DNA of 64,000 nt, taken from NCBI GenBank assembly GCA_963713975.1, contig OY970218.1:1664001-1728000 (forward strand). Reading direction: 5' to 3'. The position numbers and the translations under genes were made by a program. The notes beneath the pieces are model-generated. The model worked only from the letters and a program-made list of their open reading frames with translations, searched no databases and was not told the origin of the DNA. Below, in pieces: positions 18,227 to 27,706 of the stretch. Origin of the DNA: an uncultured Chloroflexia bacterium (GTDB taxonomy: Bacteria; Chloroflexota; Limnocylindria; Limnocylindrales; CSP1-4). The first letter of the stretch is position 1. Each line of letters begins with the position of its first letter.

Positions 18227-18316
18227 TCTCCCGACACAGGTATCCGATGGCGCTGCTCGCAAGACGGGGCCTGGGACCGCTCGTGTCGGCCCGCGAGGTC
18301 GGCGGCGTGGGCCCGG

Positions 18317-18445
18317 TCACAGCCGGACGTCGGACTCCATCCATTCGCGGCTGGCGCCCACTTCCACCGTGGCGATCGCCACCCGCCTGGCCCGGCCCCA
18401 ACGATCGAGCTCACCATCGGGCGCCAGCGACACACAGACCACCAT
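18317..18445 (-). pseudogene. Truncated NifB/NifX-family (dinitrogenase FeMo-cofactor-binding domain) remnant
   Basis: 42-codon ORF MVVCVSLAPDGELDRWGRARRVAIATVEVGASREWMESDVRL* resembles the N-terminus of NifX-like proteins (WGRA for HFGRA) but stops early; below the ORF track cutoff. Confidence 0.5.
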
Positions 18446-18528
18446 CGATCGGATTTCTTCCGAATCGATTCCTCGGGGCCGCGATCCCGACGTGGACGAG
18501 GACCTCGGCCGAGATGGTCACACGTCGG

Positions 18529-18864
18529 TCAGGGCGTGGAGTCCCGATCCGGTCCGACCCGCACGGCGAGGAACGCGAGGCGGGTCTCGGCCTCGAAACC
18601 GCGCGTTGAACCCTCCGGGGCGATCACCGTCACACCCGCACTCAACGGGTAGCGCGCCGCGTCGACGGTCATGAACCCGGAGCCATCGAGGACGTGGTAC
18701 AGGCCGAGACGCTCCGGGTGCGGTGGGATCCGACCTCCTGCCTCGAGCCCGGCCACAAGCGCCTTGTGCCCCGGCCCCGCGCGGAGGGTCGTCATCTCAG
18801 GGCCGGCCATCGAGTAGCGGACGAGCCCACGCCAGTCGGGGAAGAAGATCGAGTCGTCCATCAT
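18529..18864 (-). CDS. Cupin-domain protein
   Basis: AAGGA SD; GLEAGGRIPPHP, YHVLDGSG, LSAGVTVIAPEGSTRG. Confidence 0.8.
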   Translation of the reverse strand: MMDDSIFFPDWRGLVRYSMAGPEMTTLRAGPGHKALVAGLEAGGRIPPHPERLGLYHVLDGSGFMTVDAARYPLSAGVTVIAPEGSTRGFEAETRLAFLAVRVGPDRDSTP

Positions 18865-18946
18865 CTGGTTTCCTTGTTCTGGGCCCCCGGGGGGGCGCCC
18901 GCCCGGGGGCCAGGTGCCGACGGGGCGTGTCGGGGTGCCGTCTACC

Positions 18947-19036
18947 TCAGCCGCGGTTGCGGCTAGCGCAGACGCGTCGCTTGACCGCCAGGATCGGGCA
19001 GTGGTCGCTGTGGAACTGGACCAGCTTGTGTCGCAT
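18947..19036 (-). CDS. Possible 29-aa small peptide
   Basis: AGAGGGAG SD followed by ATG; MRHKLVQFHSDHCPILAVKRRVCASRNRG*; no recognisable homology. Confidence 0.3.
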   Translation of the reverse strand: MRHKLVQFHSDHCPILAVKRRVCASRNRG

Positions 19037-19156
19037 GGGACTCCCTCTTCGATGGACCGCCGCACATGAGGCGTTGGCGGTCACCGTTGCACGGAGTGCG
19101 CGGGGAGGACGTGGAACTGGTTCCACCCGATGGGAGGAGTTCCTCCCCTCGCACCG

Positions 19157-19196
19157 GGGCCCAGTCACGCCGGGCCCAGTCACGCCGGACCCAGAC
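19157..19196. repeat. Short 15-bp tandem repeat
   Basis: GG(G/A)CCCAGTCACGCC-type unit repeated about 2.5 times downstream of the MMPL stop. Confidence 0.55.
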
Positions 19197-19250
19197 GTCA
19201 TGGCCCGACGCATCCGCCCGACCCGCCGTTCAGCCGATCGAGGTGACCCG

Positions 19251-21554
19251 CTACACCCGTGCCTCGCCGTGGACGTCAACTTGCGACACCGGGCCTTCAG
19301 GAGTGTGGCCCTCACCCTCGATGTCCACGCTCGGCAGGATCCGGTCGAGCCACCGCGGCAGCCACCAGGCTCGCTCGTCGAGCAGGCTCATGATGGCGGG
19401 CCCGAGCGTCATCCGGACCAGGAACGCGTCGATGACGACGCCGACCGCGAGCGCGAAGCCGAACTGCTTGATCATCGGGTCCTCGCTGAGGATGAAGCTG
19501 GCGAAGACCGAGGTCATGATGACTGCCGCCGCGACGACGACCCGGTTCGTGTGGTCGAAGCCATGGATGATGGCTTGCCGTGCGGGCTTGCCGTGGACCC
19601 GGGCCTCGCGCATCGAGCTGACGAGGAAGACCTCGTAGTCCATCGCCAATCCGTAGAGGATGCCGGTGACCATGATCGGCAGGAAGCTGAGCAGCGGCCC
19701 GCTCGTGTCGATACCGACGAGATCCGTCAGCCAGCCCCACTGGAACACCGCCGTCGTCAGCCCGAAGGTCGCCGCGATGCTGAGCAGGAACCCGGCCGTC
19801 GCCTTGATCGGGATGACGGCCGATCGGAAGACGAGCAGCAGCAGGATCAGTGACAGCCCGACGATGATCGCGACGTACTCGGGCAGCACACCGCCAAGTC
19901 GTTCCGAGATGTCGATGTTGACCGCAGTCAGGCCGGTGACGCCGAGCGTGACATCCGCCCTGGTGGCGACGGCCGAGTCCGGACTGCGGAGCGTCTCGAC
20001 GAGCTGAGCCGTGCTCTCGGCGTCCGGGCCGTGTTCCGGAATGACCGAGAAGATCGCCAGGGAGCGGTCGGGGCTGGCACCCACGAGGGAGACCGCGGCC
20101 ACGTCGCCGATCCCCTTGAGCCCGGTGGTGATCGCGCCGATGTCCTGCTGGTCGAGCGTGGCACCGTCGCCCGGGTTGGCGACGACGATGAGCGGTGCGT
20201 TGAAGCCCTCGCCGAAGCCACGGGTGATCGCGTCGTAGCTCTGCCGTGAGGTGCTGGCGAGGCTGTCCGTGGCGCCGGTCGGCATCCCGAGGTACATGCT
20301 CAGGGCCGGGACGGCGGCAAGCGTGAGGACCACGAGGACACCAGCGATCGCGACCCACGGGCGCCGGACGAGGAAGCCGACCCACCGGTTGGCGAGGTGC
20401 CGCTCCTCTTCCGAGGCCATGGCACGGCCGGCGGCTCTCGCCCTGGTCGAGCAGATTCGCTCGCCGACGAGCCCGAGCAGGGCGGGCAGCAGGGTGAGCG
20501 CGATTAGGACGGCGAGCGCGACTGTCGTGGCCGCGACGAGGGCCATCGTCGTGAGGAACCCGATGCCGATGATCGTCAGGCCGGCGAGCGCGATGATGAC
20601 GGTGGATCCCGCGAAGACAACAGCAGTACCGGCCGTGGCGACGGCCCGGGCGGTCGCATCGGCGGCGCTCAGGCCGTCGATGAGGATGAGGCGCCGCTGC
20701 CGGTTGACGATGAACAGGGCGTAGTCGATCCCGACCGCGAGCCCGATCATGAGGGCGAGCGCCGGCGTCGCGGTCGTCAGGGTGATGCTCCCGGAGAGGG
20801 CGAACGCCCCACCCACGCCGATGGCCACACCGGTCAGTGCGGTGATGATGGGCAGACCAGCGGCCCAGAGCGAGCCGAGGGTCATGAGCAGGACGAGCAG
20901 GGCGATCCCCAGGCCGATGGCCTCGTGCCCACTGATCGGCGGGTGCAGCGCCTCGAGTGACTTGCTCGGCAGCGCGGTGATCCCGGAAGCCGTCGTGTTG
21001 TGCTCAGCGATGGCGACGATGTCGTCGGTCGTGCCCTCGGGCAGCGCGTCGACCTGGGTGGTGAACTGCAGCTGGAGCATCGCGACACTGCCGTCAGTGG
21101 AGACGAGGACTCCCGGGACGGGCGAGCCGTCAGCCATGAGCGGGCGGTAGGGGAGGGCCGCGTCCATGGCGCCCGCAGCGTTCGGTGCCGTGTTGTTCGT
21201 GGCAGCTGCGCCTGCGGTCGCAGTCGGCGGACGCTTGACGACGACCGGCAACGCTCCAATTTCTCTGGCGGCGCCGCCAATTGCCGTGGCGCGCTCACCC
21301 TGGTCGAGCCGCTCGCCCTCGGGGACGGTGAAGACGATGGTGCCCTGCCCACCGCTGGCTGCCGGCAGTTGCTCACGCAGCTGGTCGAGGACCTGCTGGC
21401 TCGGCGTGCCGTCGATCGTCAGGCTCGAGGAGATGCGTCCGCCGCCCGTGGCGGCGAACCCGATGACGCTGCCGAGGATGAGCAGCCAGGCGATCACGAA
21501 GACCCGGGGTCGCCGAACGGCGAGCTCGCCGAGCCGATACAGGAACTTGGACAT
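19251..21554 (-). CDS. MMPL/RND-family transporter
   Basis: MSKFLYRLG, GLAVGIDYALFI, AGTAVVFAGSTV, GFGEGFNAPL, GLAMDYEVFLVS, DAFLVRMTLGPA, WWLPRWLDRILP. Confidence 0.95.
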   Translation of the reverse strand: MSKFLYRLGELAVRRPRVFVIAWLLILGSVIGFAATGGGRISSSLTIDGTPSQQVLDQLREQLPAASGGQGTIVFTVPEGERLDQGERATAIGGAAREIGALPVVVKRPPTATAGAAATNNTAPNAAGAMDAALPYRPLMADGSPVPGVLVSTDGSVAMLQLQFTTQVDALPEGTTDDIVAIAEHNTTASGITALPSKSLEALHPPISGHEAIGLGIALLVLLMTLGSLWAAGLPIITALTGVAIGVGGAFALSGSITLTTATPALALMIGLAVGIDYALFIVNRQRRLILIDGLSAADATARAVATAGTAVVFAGSTVIIALAGLTIIGIGFLTTMALVAATTVALAVLIALTLLPALLGLVGERICSTRARAAGRAMASEEERHLANRWVGFLVRRPWVAIAGVLVVLTLAAVPALSMYLGMPTGATDSLASTSRQSYDAITRGFGEGFNAPLIVVANPGDGATLDQQDIGAITTGLKGIGDVAAVSLVGASPDRSLAIFSVIPEHGPDAESTAQLVETLRSPDSAVATRADVTLGVTGLTAVNIDISERLGGVLPEYVAIIVGLSLILLLLVFRSAVIPIKATAGFLLSIAATFGLTTAVFQWGWLTDLVGIDTSGPLLSFLPIMVTGILYGLAMDYEVFLVSSMREARVHGKPARQAIIHGFDHTNRVVVAAAVIMTSVFASFILSEDPMIKQFGFALAVGVVIDAFLVRMTLGPAIMSLLDERAWWLPRWLDRILPSVDIEGEGHTPEGPVSQVDVHGEARV

Positions 21555-21649
21555 GGGCGGAGTGACCCCTTTCCGGGATGGGCGCGGCGAGGCGGGGGGC
21601 GAGTGGCCGCCACGTGGCGCGGGATGGGTGGTGCCGGTCGGATACCCGG

Positions 21650-22267
21650 TTAGAACCCGGTGCGCAGGTAGGTGAAGGTCTGGTCGAGGAACTCGTCGAG
21701 CGTCATTTCGGCCTCGTCAATTCCTGGCGCGGAAGTCCGGGATGGCGCGTCGTCGGGCCGGATCGAGATGTGACCCTCGAGCACGCAGGTCAGGGCCCCG
21801 TAGGCCGCTCCGACGAGCAGTTGCGCGGAGACGCGACGAGCGCGGTCGTCCAGTCGGGCGATGACGGTCTCGCGCGCAGTCTCGCGGATCTGGCGATGGA
21901 CCTCGAGCAGGTGGGGCAGCAGTGACGGGTGGTCAGCGGCAAGAATCCGCAGCTCGCACAGGACGGTGAGCAGCCCGCCGGTCAGCTGCCGCCGGGCTAC
22001 CTCGTGGAGCCAGTCGACGAGGGGCAGGTCATCATCCGGGATGGTGTCAAGGGCGTGGCGCACCCGCTCGGTGGCGACCGCAACGATGGCCTCGTTCTTG
22101 CCGGCGTAGTGGTTGGCGAAGGTTCGCCGCGAGTAGCCGGCACGCGCGGACACCTCGTCGATCGTGAAGCCGTCGACGCCTCGATCGCGGGCGAGCTCGA
22201 AGGCGGCCAGGGCCAGCGCTTGGGCGGTCGCTTCCCGCTTGGATTCTCGCAGTCCGATCTCAGTCAC
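21650..22267 (-). CDS. TetR/AcrR family transcriptional regulator
   Basis: GLRESKREAT...GVDGFTIDEVSARAGYSRRTFANHYAGKNEAI HTH; directly upstream of the MMPL gene. Confidence 0.92.
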   Translation of the reverse strand: MTEIGLRESKREATAQALALAAFELARDRGVDGFTIDEVSARAGYSRRTFANHYAGKNEAIVAVATERVRHALDTIPDDDLPLVDWLHEVARRQLTGGLLTVLCELRILAADHPSLLPHLLEVHRQIRETARETVIARLDDRARRVSAQLLVGAAYGALTCVLEGHISIRPDDAPSRTSAPGIDEAEMTLDEFLDQTFTYLRTGF

Positions 22268-22288
22268 GCCTGGAGTATTGCACGGTAA

Positions 22289-22319
22289 TTGCCCAATGTG
22301 CAATCTTGCCCAATGTGCA
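22289..22319. promoter_or_regulatory. Tandem TetR operators
   Basis: Exact 14-bp direct repeat TTGCCCAATGTGCA at 22289-22302 and 22306-22319, each an imperfect palindrome (TGC-N7-GCA), immediately upstream of tetR. Confidence 0.75.
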
Positions 22320-22463
22320 GTCACGTTGTCTTTCGTCAGGCAACGTGCGCAGCATGGGAGTGCTCTCCGGATCGGTCCCCTCGAAGTGAGGCGCGGGGAT
22401 CACCGTCTCACGGAGCGCTCCGCGGGCACTTGGACTTGTTCCTCCCATGGGAGAAGTCCGTCC

Positions 22464-23222
22464 CTAGCGCCCGCTGCCGTGGACATCGTCCACATCGATG
22501 CCCGCTGCCGCGCGCAGGCCACTCGGGTCGTGGAGGACGAGCCCGGTGCCGCCGACCCGAGAGATCAGACCGCGCTGCTCGAAGTCACGGATCACGCGTC
22601 CCGCCATCTCCCGGGACGTGCCGGCGAGGTCGGCAAGCTGCGGACGCGAGAGGAGAGGCCTCCGGGCGTCGAACAGCAGCTCCCGACGCATCCAGAGGAT
22701 CGCGGCGAGACGCCGCGAGACGCTGTCGAAGCTCACGTGCTCCAGGCGGTTCAGGAGCCGCACAGCGCTTCGCAGGGCATTGTCGAGAAGTCCTACCGCG
22801 AGACCGGCATCCACCCGGGCAAGGGCCATGACGACATCGCCCGGCCAGAGCGCTGCAGTACCGCGGTTGAGCCCGACGAGGTCCACGGATGGCGCGTCTC
22901 GCCGCAGCGAGATGACCCCGACCAGCTCTCCCGGGCCGGCGATCGTGATCATCTGCCGGCGGCCGTTGGCGTCGGATCGAACCGCACCGAGATGACCTTC
23001 CACCACCAGGGTGAGCAAGGGGTCACGACTCTGGGACAGGACCTGCTCATGTCGCCGGAACGGCCGGATCTGCGCATGGCGGACGAGCGCCACGAGCGAG
23101 TGCTCGGCTGCCTCGGGCAGCACGGTCGGCAGTGCCGTCTCGAGCGCCGCAAGCGCAGCCCGCCGGTCGTGGGCGATGCCGTGGGGCGATGGAGCCTCGA
23201 GAGATCTCACGGTGGCGTCCAT
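22464..23222 (-). CDS. Crp/Fnr family transcriptional regulator
   Basis: cNMP-like domain (LVVEGHL, GPGELVG) and Crp HTH LSRPQLADLAGTSREMAGRVIRDFEQRGLI. Confidence 0.88.
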   Translation of the reverse strand: MDATVRSLEAPSPHGIAHDRRAALAALETALPTVLPEAAEHSLVALVRHAQIRPFRRHEQVLSQSRDPLLTLVVEGHLGAVRSDANGRRQMITIAGPGELVGVISLRRDAPSVDLVGLNRGTAALWPGDVVMALARVDAGLAVGLLDNALRSAVRLLNRLEHVSFDSVSRRLAAILWMRRELLFDARRPLLSRPQLADLAGTSREMAGRVIRDFEQRGLISRVGGTGLVLHDPSGLRAAAGIDVDDVHGSGR

Positions 23223-23566
23223 CGTGCCACAGGGGGCCGCGCCCGAGTGCTCCGTCGCGGGGCGGCCGCCCGTGCCGAAGTGGGCCTGGGGAGTTCCCCG
23301 GCTGCTGCACGTGTCGGCGTACATCAAGCCCGAGGAGAACCTGAGCGCGAGGGACGAGCTGGGTCCGCTGCTTGGCCGGCCGCCAACGCAGCCGGACAGA
23401 GATGCACGTTCCGCGGCAGGAGTGGAACCCGTTCCTCTCGGACGGCCCCACGGCGCCCTGATGCTCGACGAGCACTTCGCGGTTCCGGCCTGACCCAGTC
23501 AGGGTTGTGGATGCAACTGGCTCCGCAGCCAAGCGGGGCTTTCGATATACAGCCAGGAGATACGTA

Positions 23567-23854
23567 ATGGACAAGGATGTTGGCAAGTTCCTCCGCAAAT
23601 ACCTGCGCAAGACCCACCGCTGGCTGGCGCTCCCATTCGCCGCATTGATCGTGGCGGTGCTCCTGACTCGCGGCTCGTCGCTCGGCCTGGCGGTCCAGCA
23701 GACGCAACAGGTACTCCTGTTGGTCATGGCCCTGACCGGCCTGTACCTCTTCCTACTGCCGTGGTGGACGAGGTGGAAGAGGGGCCGAGGTGGTGTCGAG
23801 GGATCGCAAGCGCGACGAGCGCACGCCCGGGGGGAAGAGTCGGCCGGCAGCTGA
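23567..23854 (+). CDS. Small two-TM membrane protein (PepSY-TM-like RKxHRW start)
   Basis: AGGAG SD; LRKTHRWLALPF...LALTGLYLFLLPW. Confidence 0.7.
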   Translation: MDKDVGKFLRKYLRKTHRWLALPFAALIVAVLLTRGSSLGLAVQQTQQVLLLVMALTGLYLFLLPWWTRWKRGRGGVEGSQARRAHARGEESAGS

Positions 23855-24572
23855 TCCAGCGTGGATCCCGCACGCGGGTGAGGGCGTCGGGGATCGCCCC
23901 CCAGCTCCTCGCGGGCTGGATTGGATCGTCCAGCACACGCCTTCGCTTCGTGCGTGAGACGAAGCCCGAGGAACCGCTGCCTGAGAGCCTCTACGCGGCC
24001 CGCGAGGTCGTCGCTGATCACGAGACGCCCGCCGTGCGGCCCACGCCCGACGAGGCGGATGCCCCCAGGAAGGATGTCGAAGTCCCCGTCACCGGTCATC
24101 TTGGGAGGGGCTTGAGCGGGCTCATGCTGTCGTCGGCCGTCGTGGTGTTCTCCGTGTCGTCGGTTTCTGACCTCCAGCGACGCGAGGATTATGCGGCGGC
24201 CGATCCCGTCAACCGCCGTCCCGCCGTGACACCAGCCTGAGAACGCGACCCGCTGCAGGGGCACCCGGTGCCGGCCCATCGGACGGGTCCAACAGGTGCT
24301 CGGACCGCCCCCCCTCGTCCGAAAGCTCGACCACCTGGCATGCCCCCGCCCTCGAGGGCTGGCCGTCACGAGTGTGCCAGCCTGTCGCGGGCGAGATCCT
24401 CGGCGCGCCCGGGGAGCCTCGACCTGCGTTGGGTTTGAGACGCAACGATGAAGGCGAAGCACGACTCTGGAGTGGCCTGAAGGCCGGCGGGACCCGGCCT
24501 CCTCATCCGTTCTGTGTGGGCGGCCTACCATTCCTCGCCATATGTGGAACTAGCAGCACGAAGGCGTCCCGA

Positions 24573-26135
24573 ATGCAGGATCGAACGAACCACCTGGAAC
24601 CCGCGGCGCTGAGCCCGGAGCGGACGCGCGCCGTCCTCGCGGTGGTGGCCCTGAGCCTGATGGCCGTCATCTCAGCCGTGAGCGGGCTCAACGTCGCCCT
24701 CCCGGACATGGCCCGCGAGACAGGTGCCACCCAGACGCAGCTGACGTGGATCGTCGACGCCTACACGGTCGTGTTCGCGGGCCTGCTATTCCTCGCCGGT
24801 GCCCTGGGAGACCGGTACGGACGACGCCTGCTGCTGCAGGTTGGCCTCGTGGTGTTCGGGGTTGCTGCGGCGTTCGGCCTGTTCACGACGGACCCGACCC
24901 ACCTCGTCGTCGTGCGGGCGGTGATGGGCATCGGTGCCGCGGCGATCATGCCCACGACGCTGTCGATCATCACGACGTCCTTCCCCGAGGCGGAGCGGCC
25001 GCGGGCCATCGGTCTGTGGGTCGGCATCTCCGGTGGAGGCGCCGTCCTCGGCATGTTCGTCTCGGCGTTGCTCCTCGAGTGGTTCTCGTGGCACTCGTTC
25101 TTCGCGTTCAACGTGGTGCTGTCGCTGATCGCGCTCGTCGGCGTGTTCGCCGTCGTGCCGGGCTCGGTCGATGATGACGCGCCTGCGTTGGACATCGTGG
25201 GCGGCGTGCTCTCGCTCGTCACGGTCGCGGCGCTCGTGTTCGGGATCATCGAGGCCCCCGACCGTGGCTGGACCGATCCGATCACGGTCGGTGCGCTGGC
25301 CCTGGGTCTTGCTGCCGGTGCGCTCTTCGTGTGGTGGGAGCTCCGTCAGCAGCATCCGCTGCTGGATCCGCGGCTGTTCCGCCTCCGGGGGTTCAGTTCC
25401 GGCTCCCTGTCGATCTCCATCCAGTTCTTCGCGGCCTTCGGCTTCTTCTTCATCGTGCTCCAGTACCTGCAGTACGTGACCGGCCGGTCGGCGCTGGAGG
25501 CGGCCGCGGCGCTGCTCCCGCTGCCGTTCGTGCTCATCCCGACCGCCCGCACCGCGCCGCGTCTGGCCCAGCGCATCGGATTCCGGTGGGTCGGACCCGC
25601 GGGCCTCCTTGCCATGGCCCTCGCGTTCGCGCTGCTCAGTCGCCTCGAGGTGGACACGCCGTACTGGTTCTTCGTGATCGGGCTGCTGCTCTTCGGCCTC
25701 GGCATGGGCCTGGCCGGGACGCCCGCCACCACGGCGATCACGAGCTCGCTGTCGATGGCCAAGCAGGGCGTGGCTTCGGCCATGAACGACACCGCCCGGG
25801 AGGTCGGGAGTGCGTTCGGGATCGCGATCCTGGGAGCGGCCCTCCACCAGTCCTATCGCGACGCGCTCGCGCCGGCCGTTGCCAACCTGCCTCCGCAGAT
25901 CGCGGAGCGGGTCCTGGGCTCGGTGGCCTTCACCACGTCGCCTGCCGTCGCCCAGCTGGGTGCCGCCGGTCAGGGGCTCGTCGATGCGGGACGCGCGGCA
26001 TTCGTGCAGGGCGTGGGCGATGCGGTCCTCATCGGGTCCGTGGTGCTCGCCGTCGCGGCCGTCGTGGTGTTTGTGGCCTCGGGTCCCAAGCCCCAGACCG
26101 GGATCATCGCGGACGAGATCGCGGCCGCCGCGTAG
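24573..26135 (+). CDS. MFS transporter, DHA2 (EmrB/QacA) family
   Basis: LNVALP, WIVDAY, GALGDRYGRR, RAVMGIGAAAIMPTTL, PLLDPRLF, REVGSAFGIA; about 14 TM segments. Confidence 0.95.
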   Translation: MQDRTNHLEPAALSPERTRAVLAVVALSLMAVISAVSGLNVALPDMARETGATQTQLTWIVDAYTVVFAGLLFLAGALGDRYGRRLLLQVGLVVFGVAAAFGLFTTDPTHLVVVRAVMGIGAAAIMPTTLSIITTSFPEAERPRAIGLWVGISGGGAVLGMFVSALLLEWFSWHSFFAFNVVLSLIALVGVFAVVPGSVDDDAPALDIVGGVLSLVTVAALVFGIIEAPDRGWTDPITVGALALGLAAGALFVWWELRQQHPLLDPRLFRLRGFSSGSLSISIQFFAAFGFFFIVLQYLQYVTGRSALEAAAALLPLPFVLIPTARTAPRLAQRIGFRWVGPAGLLAMALAFALLSRLEVDTPYWFFVIGLLLFGLGMGLAGTPATTAITSSLSMAKQGVASAMNDTAREVGSAFGIAILGAALHQSYRDALAPAVANLPPQIAERVLGSVAFTTSPAVAQLGAAGQGLVDAGRAAFVQGVGDAVLIGSVVLAVAAVVVFVASGPKPQTGIIADEIAAAA

Positions 26136-26210
26136 ATCTGCTGGAGCCAGCGGCTGGTCCCGGGCCGGTGCCCGACTTGGCGGGTGGGCGAACTGCCGGC
26201 CCACGCCAGG

Positions 26211-26234
26211 GGTAGGCCGCTGGGCGGTCCTACC
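26211..26234 (+). terminator. Hairpin between convergent MFS and DinB genes
   Basis: GGTAGGCCGC-TGG-GCGGTCCTACC stem with one bulge; no U-tract. Confidence 0.35.
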
Positions 26235-26420
26235 GTCGGGTGCCGTGCCGTCTGCGCCGGCCTGCGGCACGTCTGTCGGCGGAACGACGCCCCGGAGACG
26301 ACGAACGTGCCAGCCAGCGACTGAAGCGTGGGTCGACCCGACCGTTCAACCGCTCGCCGGCACAGGCTGCATAGGTGGGGACGGCGCCCCGGCCCCGGCC
26401 GGCCCACCTGCGCCGCGGCC

Positions 26421-26927
26421 TCAGTCCCAGAGGTCGATCTGTGGCAGGCCCGCGGCTCCGAGCGCCTCGTTCAGCTCGGCACAGTGGTACACGTCATGGC
26501 GGTAGACCCGCTGGATCACGGACCCACGCGTGTGGACCCATGTCTCGTCCCACTCCGCGCGGCGGAGCACCTCGGACAGTGAGCCCAGCGACCAGCCGTC
26601 CAGGCAGCGCTCGATGATCCCGAACGACGTCTCGAGCGCCTCGACGAGCGCTTCGGGACCGAGTACGTGCGCGAGGTCATCGTCGCCCGGGCAGTCATTG
26701 CCGGCGTCCGTGAAGGGCGTGGTCTCGGCCCCCGGCTCGCCCGCGAAGTCGCACAGCCAGAACACCCGCTGGCAGGCGAGGTGGCCGATCGTTGCCCAGA
26801 TGGGCCAACGATCGGGTGTCGGGCGGATCGCGAGCTGCTCGCTGGTCATCGCGGCGACGAGGTCGCGGAGGCGCTCGTTGACCACGGGCCACGAGCTGTA
26901 GGCGGGGCGGATCGTCTCGTTGCGCAT
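26421..26927 (-). CDS. DinB/YfiT family protein
   Basis: WPIWATIGHL and RHDVYHCAE histidine triad; TATCGT -10 box 7 nt before the ATG. Confidence 0.88.
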   Translation of the reverse strand: MRNETIRPAYSSWPVVNERLRDLVAAMTSEQLAIRPTPDRWPIWATIGHLACQRVFWLCDFAGEPGAETTPFTDAGNDCPGDDDLAHVLGPEALVEALETSFGIIERCLDGWSLGSLSEVLRRAEWDETWVHTRGSVIQRVYRHDVYHCAELNEALGAAGLPQIDLWD

Positions 26928-27099
26928 GGCGGCCACGATACCCGCGTCGCTCGAGGGTCGGCTGATCGCGGTCGCGGTCGACCTCGTTGCGGACAGCAAG
27001 TGCGCCCTCACTTGGGGTGACGAACGCGGACGTCGATGCGCTAGTGTGTGCACGCGGCCGGATTCGCCCAGAATCCCCGCTCAGAAGGAGGAGCGTCCC

Positions 27100-27603
27100 A
27101 TGCGACTTCGACATCCCCATCGCCGGCTAGGAGCGCGCCTGTCGGTGGGCCTGGCAGCCGCTTCGCTGGCGGTCGGTGCCTGCGGTGGAGCCTCTGCGAC
27201 GCAGAGCCCGGCAGCGGCGACGCCGGACGCGGGAGGTTCAACGGTTGACGTACTGCTCCAGGAATGGGCTGTCGTCCCGGCCGTCCCGACGGCGAAGGCA
27301 GGATCCGTGACGTTCAAGGTCACCAACAAGGGCCCGGATGACACACACGAGTTCGTGGTGTTCCGGACGGACCTTGAACCGCGGGCGTTGCCGACGGGGG
27401 CCGACGGCTCGGTCGATGAGGAGGGCGAAGGCGTCGAGGCGATCGGCGAGATCGAGGACGTCACGGTCGGCTCGACCCAGGAGGTCACGTTCGACCTTGA
27501 GCCAGGCAAGTACGTGTTGATCTGCAATCTCGTCGAGGAGAGCGGCGGCACCGCCGAGGTGCACTACAAGCTCGGCATGAGCACCGGATTCACCGTCGAG
27601 TAG
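27100..27603 (+). CDS. Cupredoxin (blue copper, sulfocyanin/auracyanin-like) lipoprotein
   Basis: Lipobox AVGAC; HEFVV and CNL...HYKLGM supply His/Cys/His/Met ligands; AAGGAGG SD. Confidence 0.85.
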   Translation: MRLRHPHRRLGARLSVGLAAASLAVGACGGASATQSPAAATPDAGGSTVDVLLQEWAVVPAVPTAKAGSVTFKVTNKGPDDTHEFVVFRTDLEPRALPTGADGSVDEEGEGVEAIGEIEDVTVGSTQEVTFDLEPGKYVLICNLVEESGGTAEVHYKLGMSTGFTVE

Positions 27604-27706
27604 CAACCTGTCCCCCGGGTGCGCACGCCAGCCGCCGTGTGCGCACCCACGCCACTCGTCGGAGGGAAGTGGCTGGACGGGCGCGGCCGGGTGGGAGCAA
27701 TCGCCA

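Noticed and set aside
23230-23500. Possible gene remnant upstream of the Crp/Fnr gene
   Set aside because: Fragments look coding-like, but I could not assign any family.
23761-24240. 159-aa plus-strand ORF and overlapping minus-strand ORFs between the small membrane gene and the MFS gene
   Set aside because: No SD or leaderless signal, no recognisable motif and atypical composition; may be degenerate sequence.
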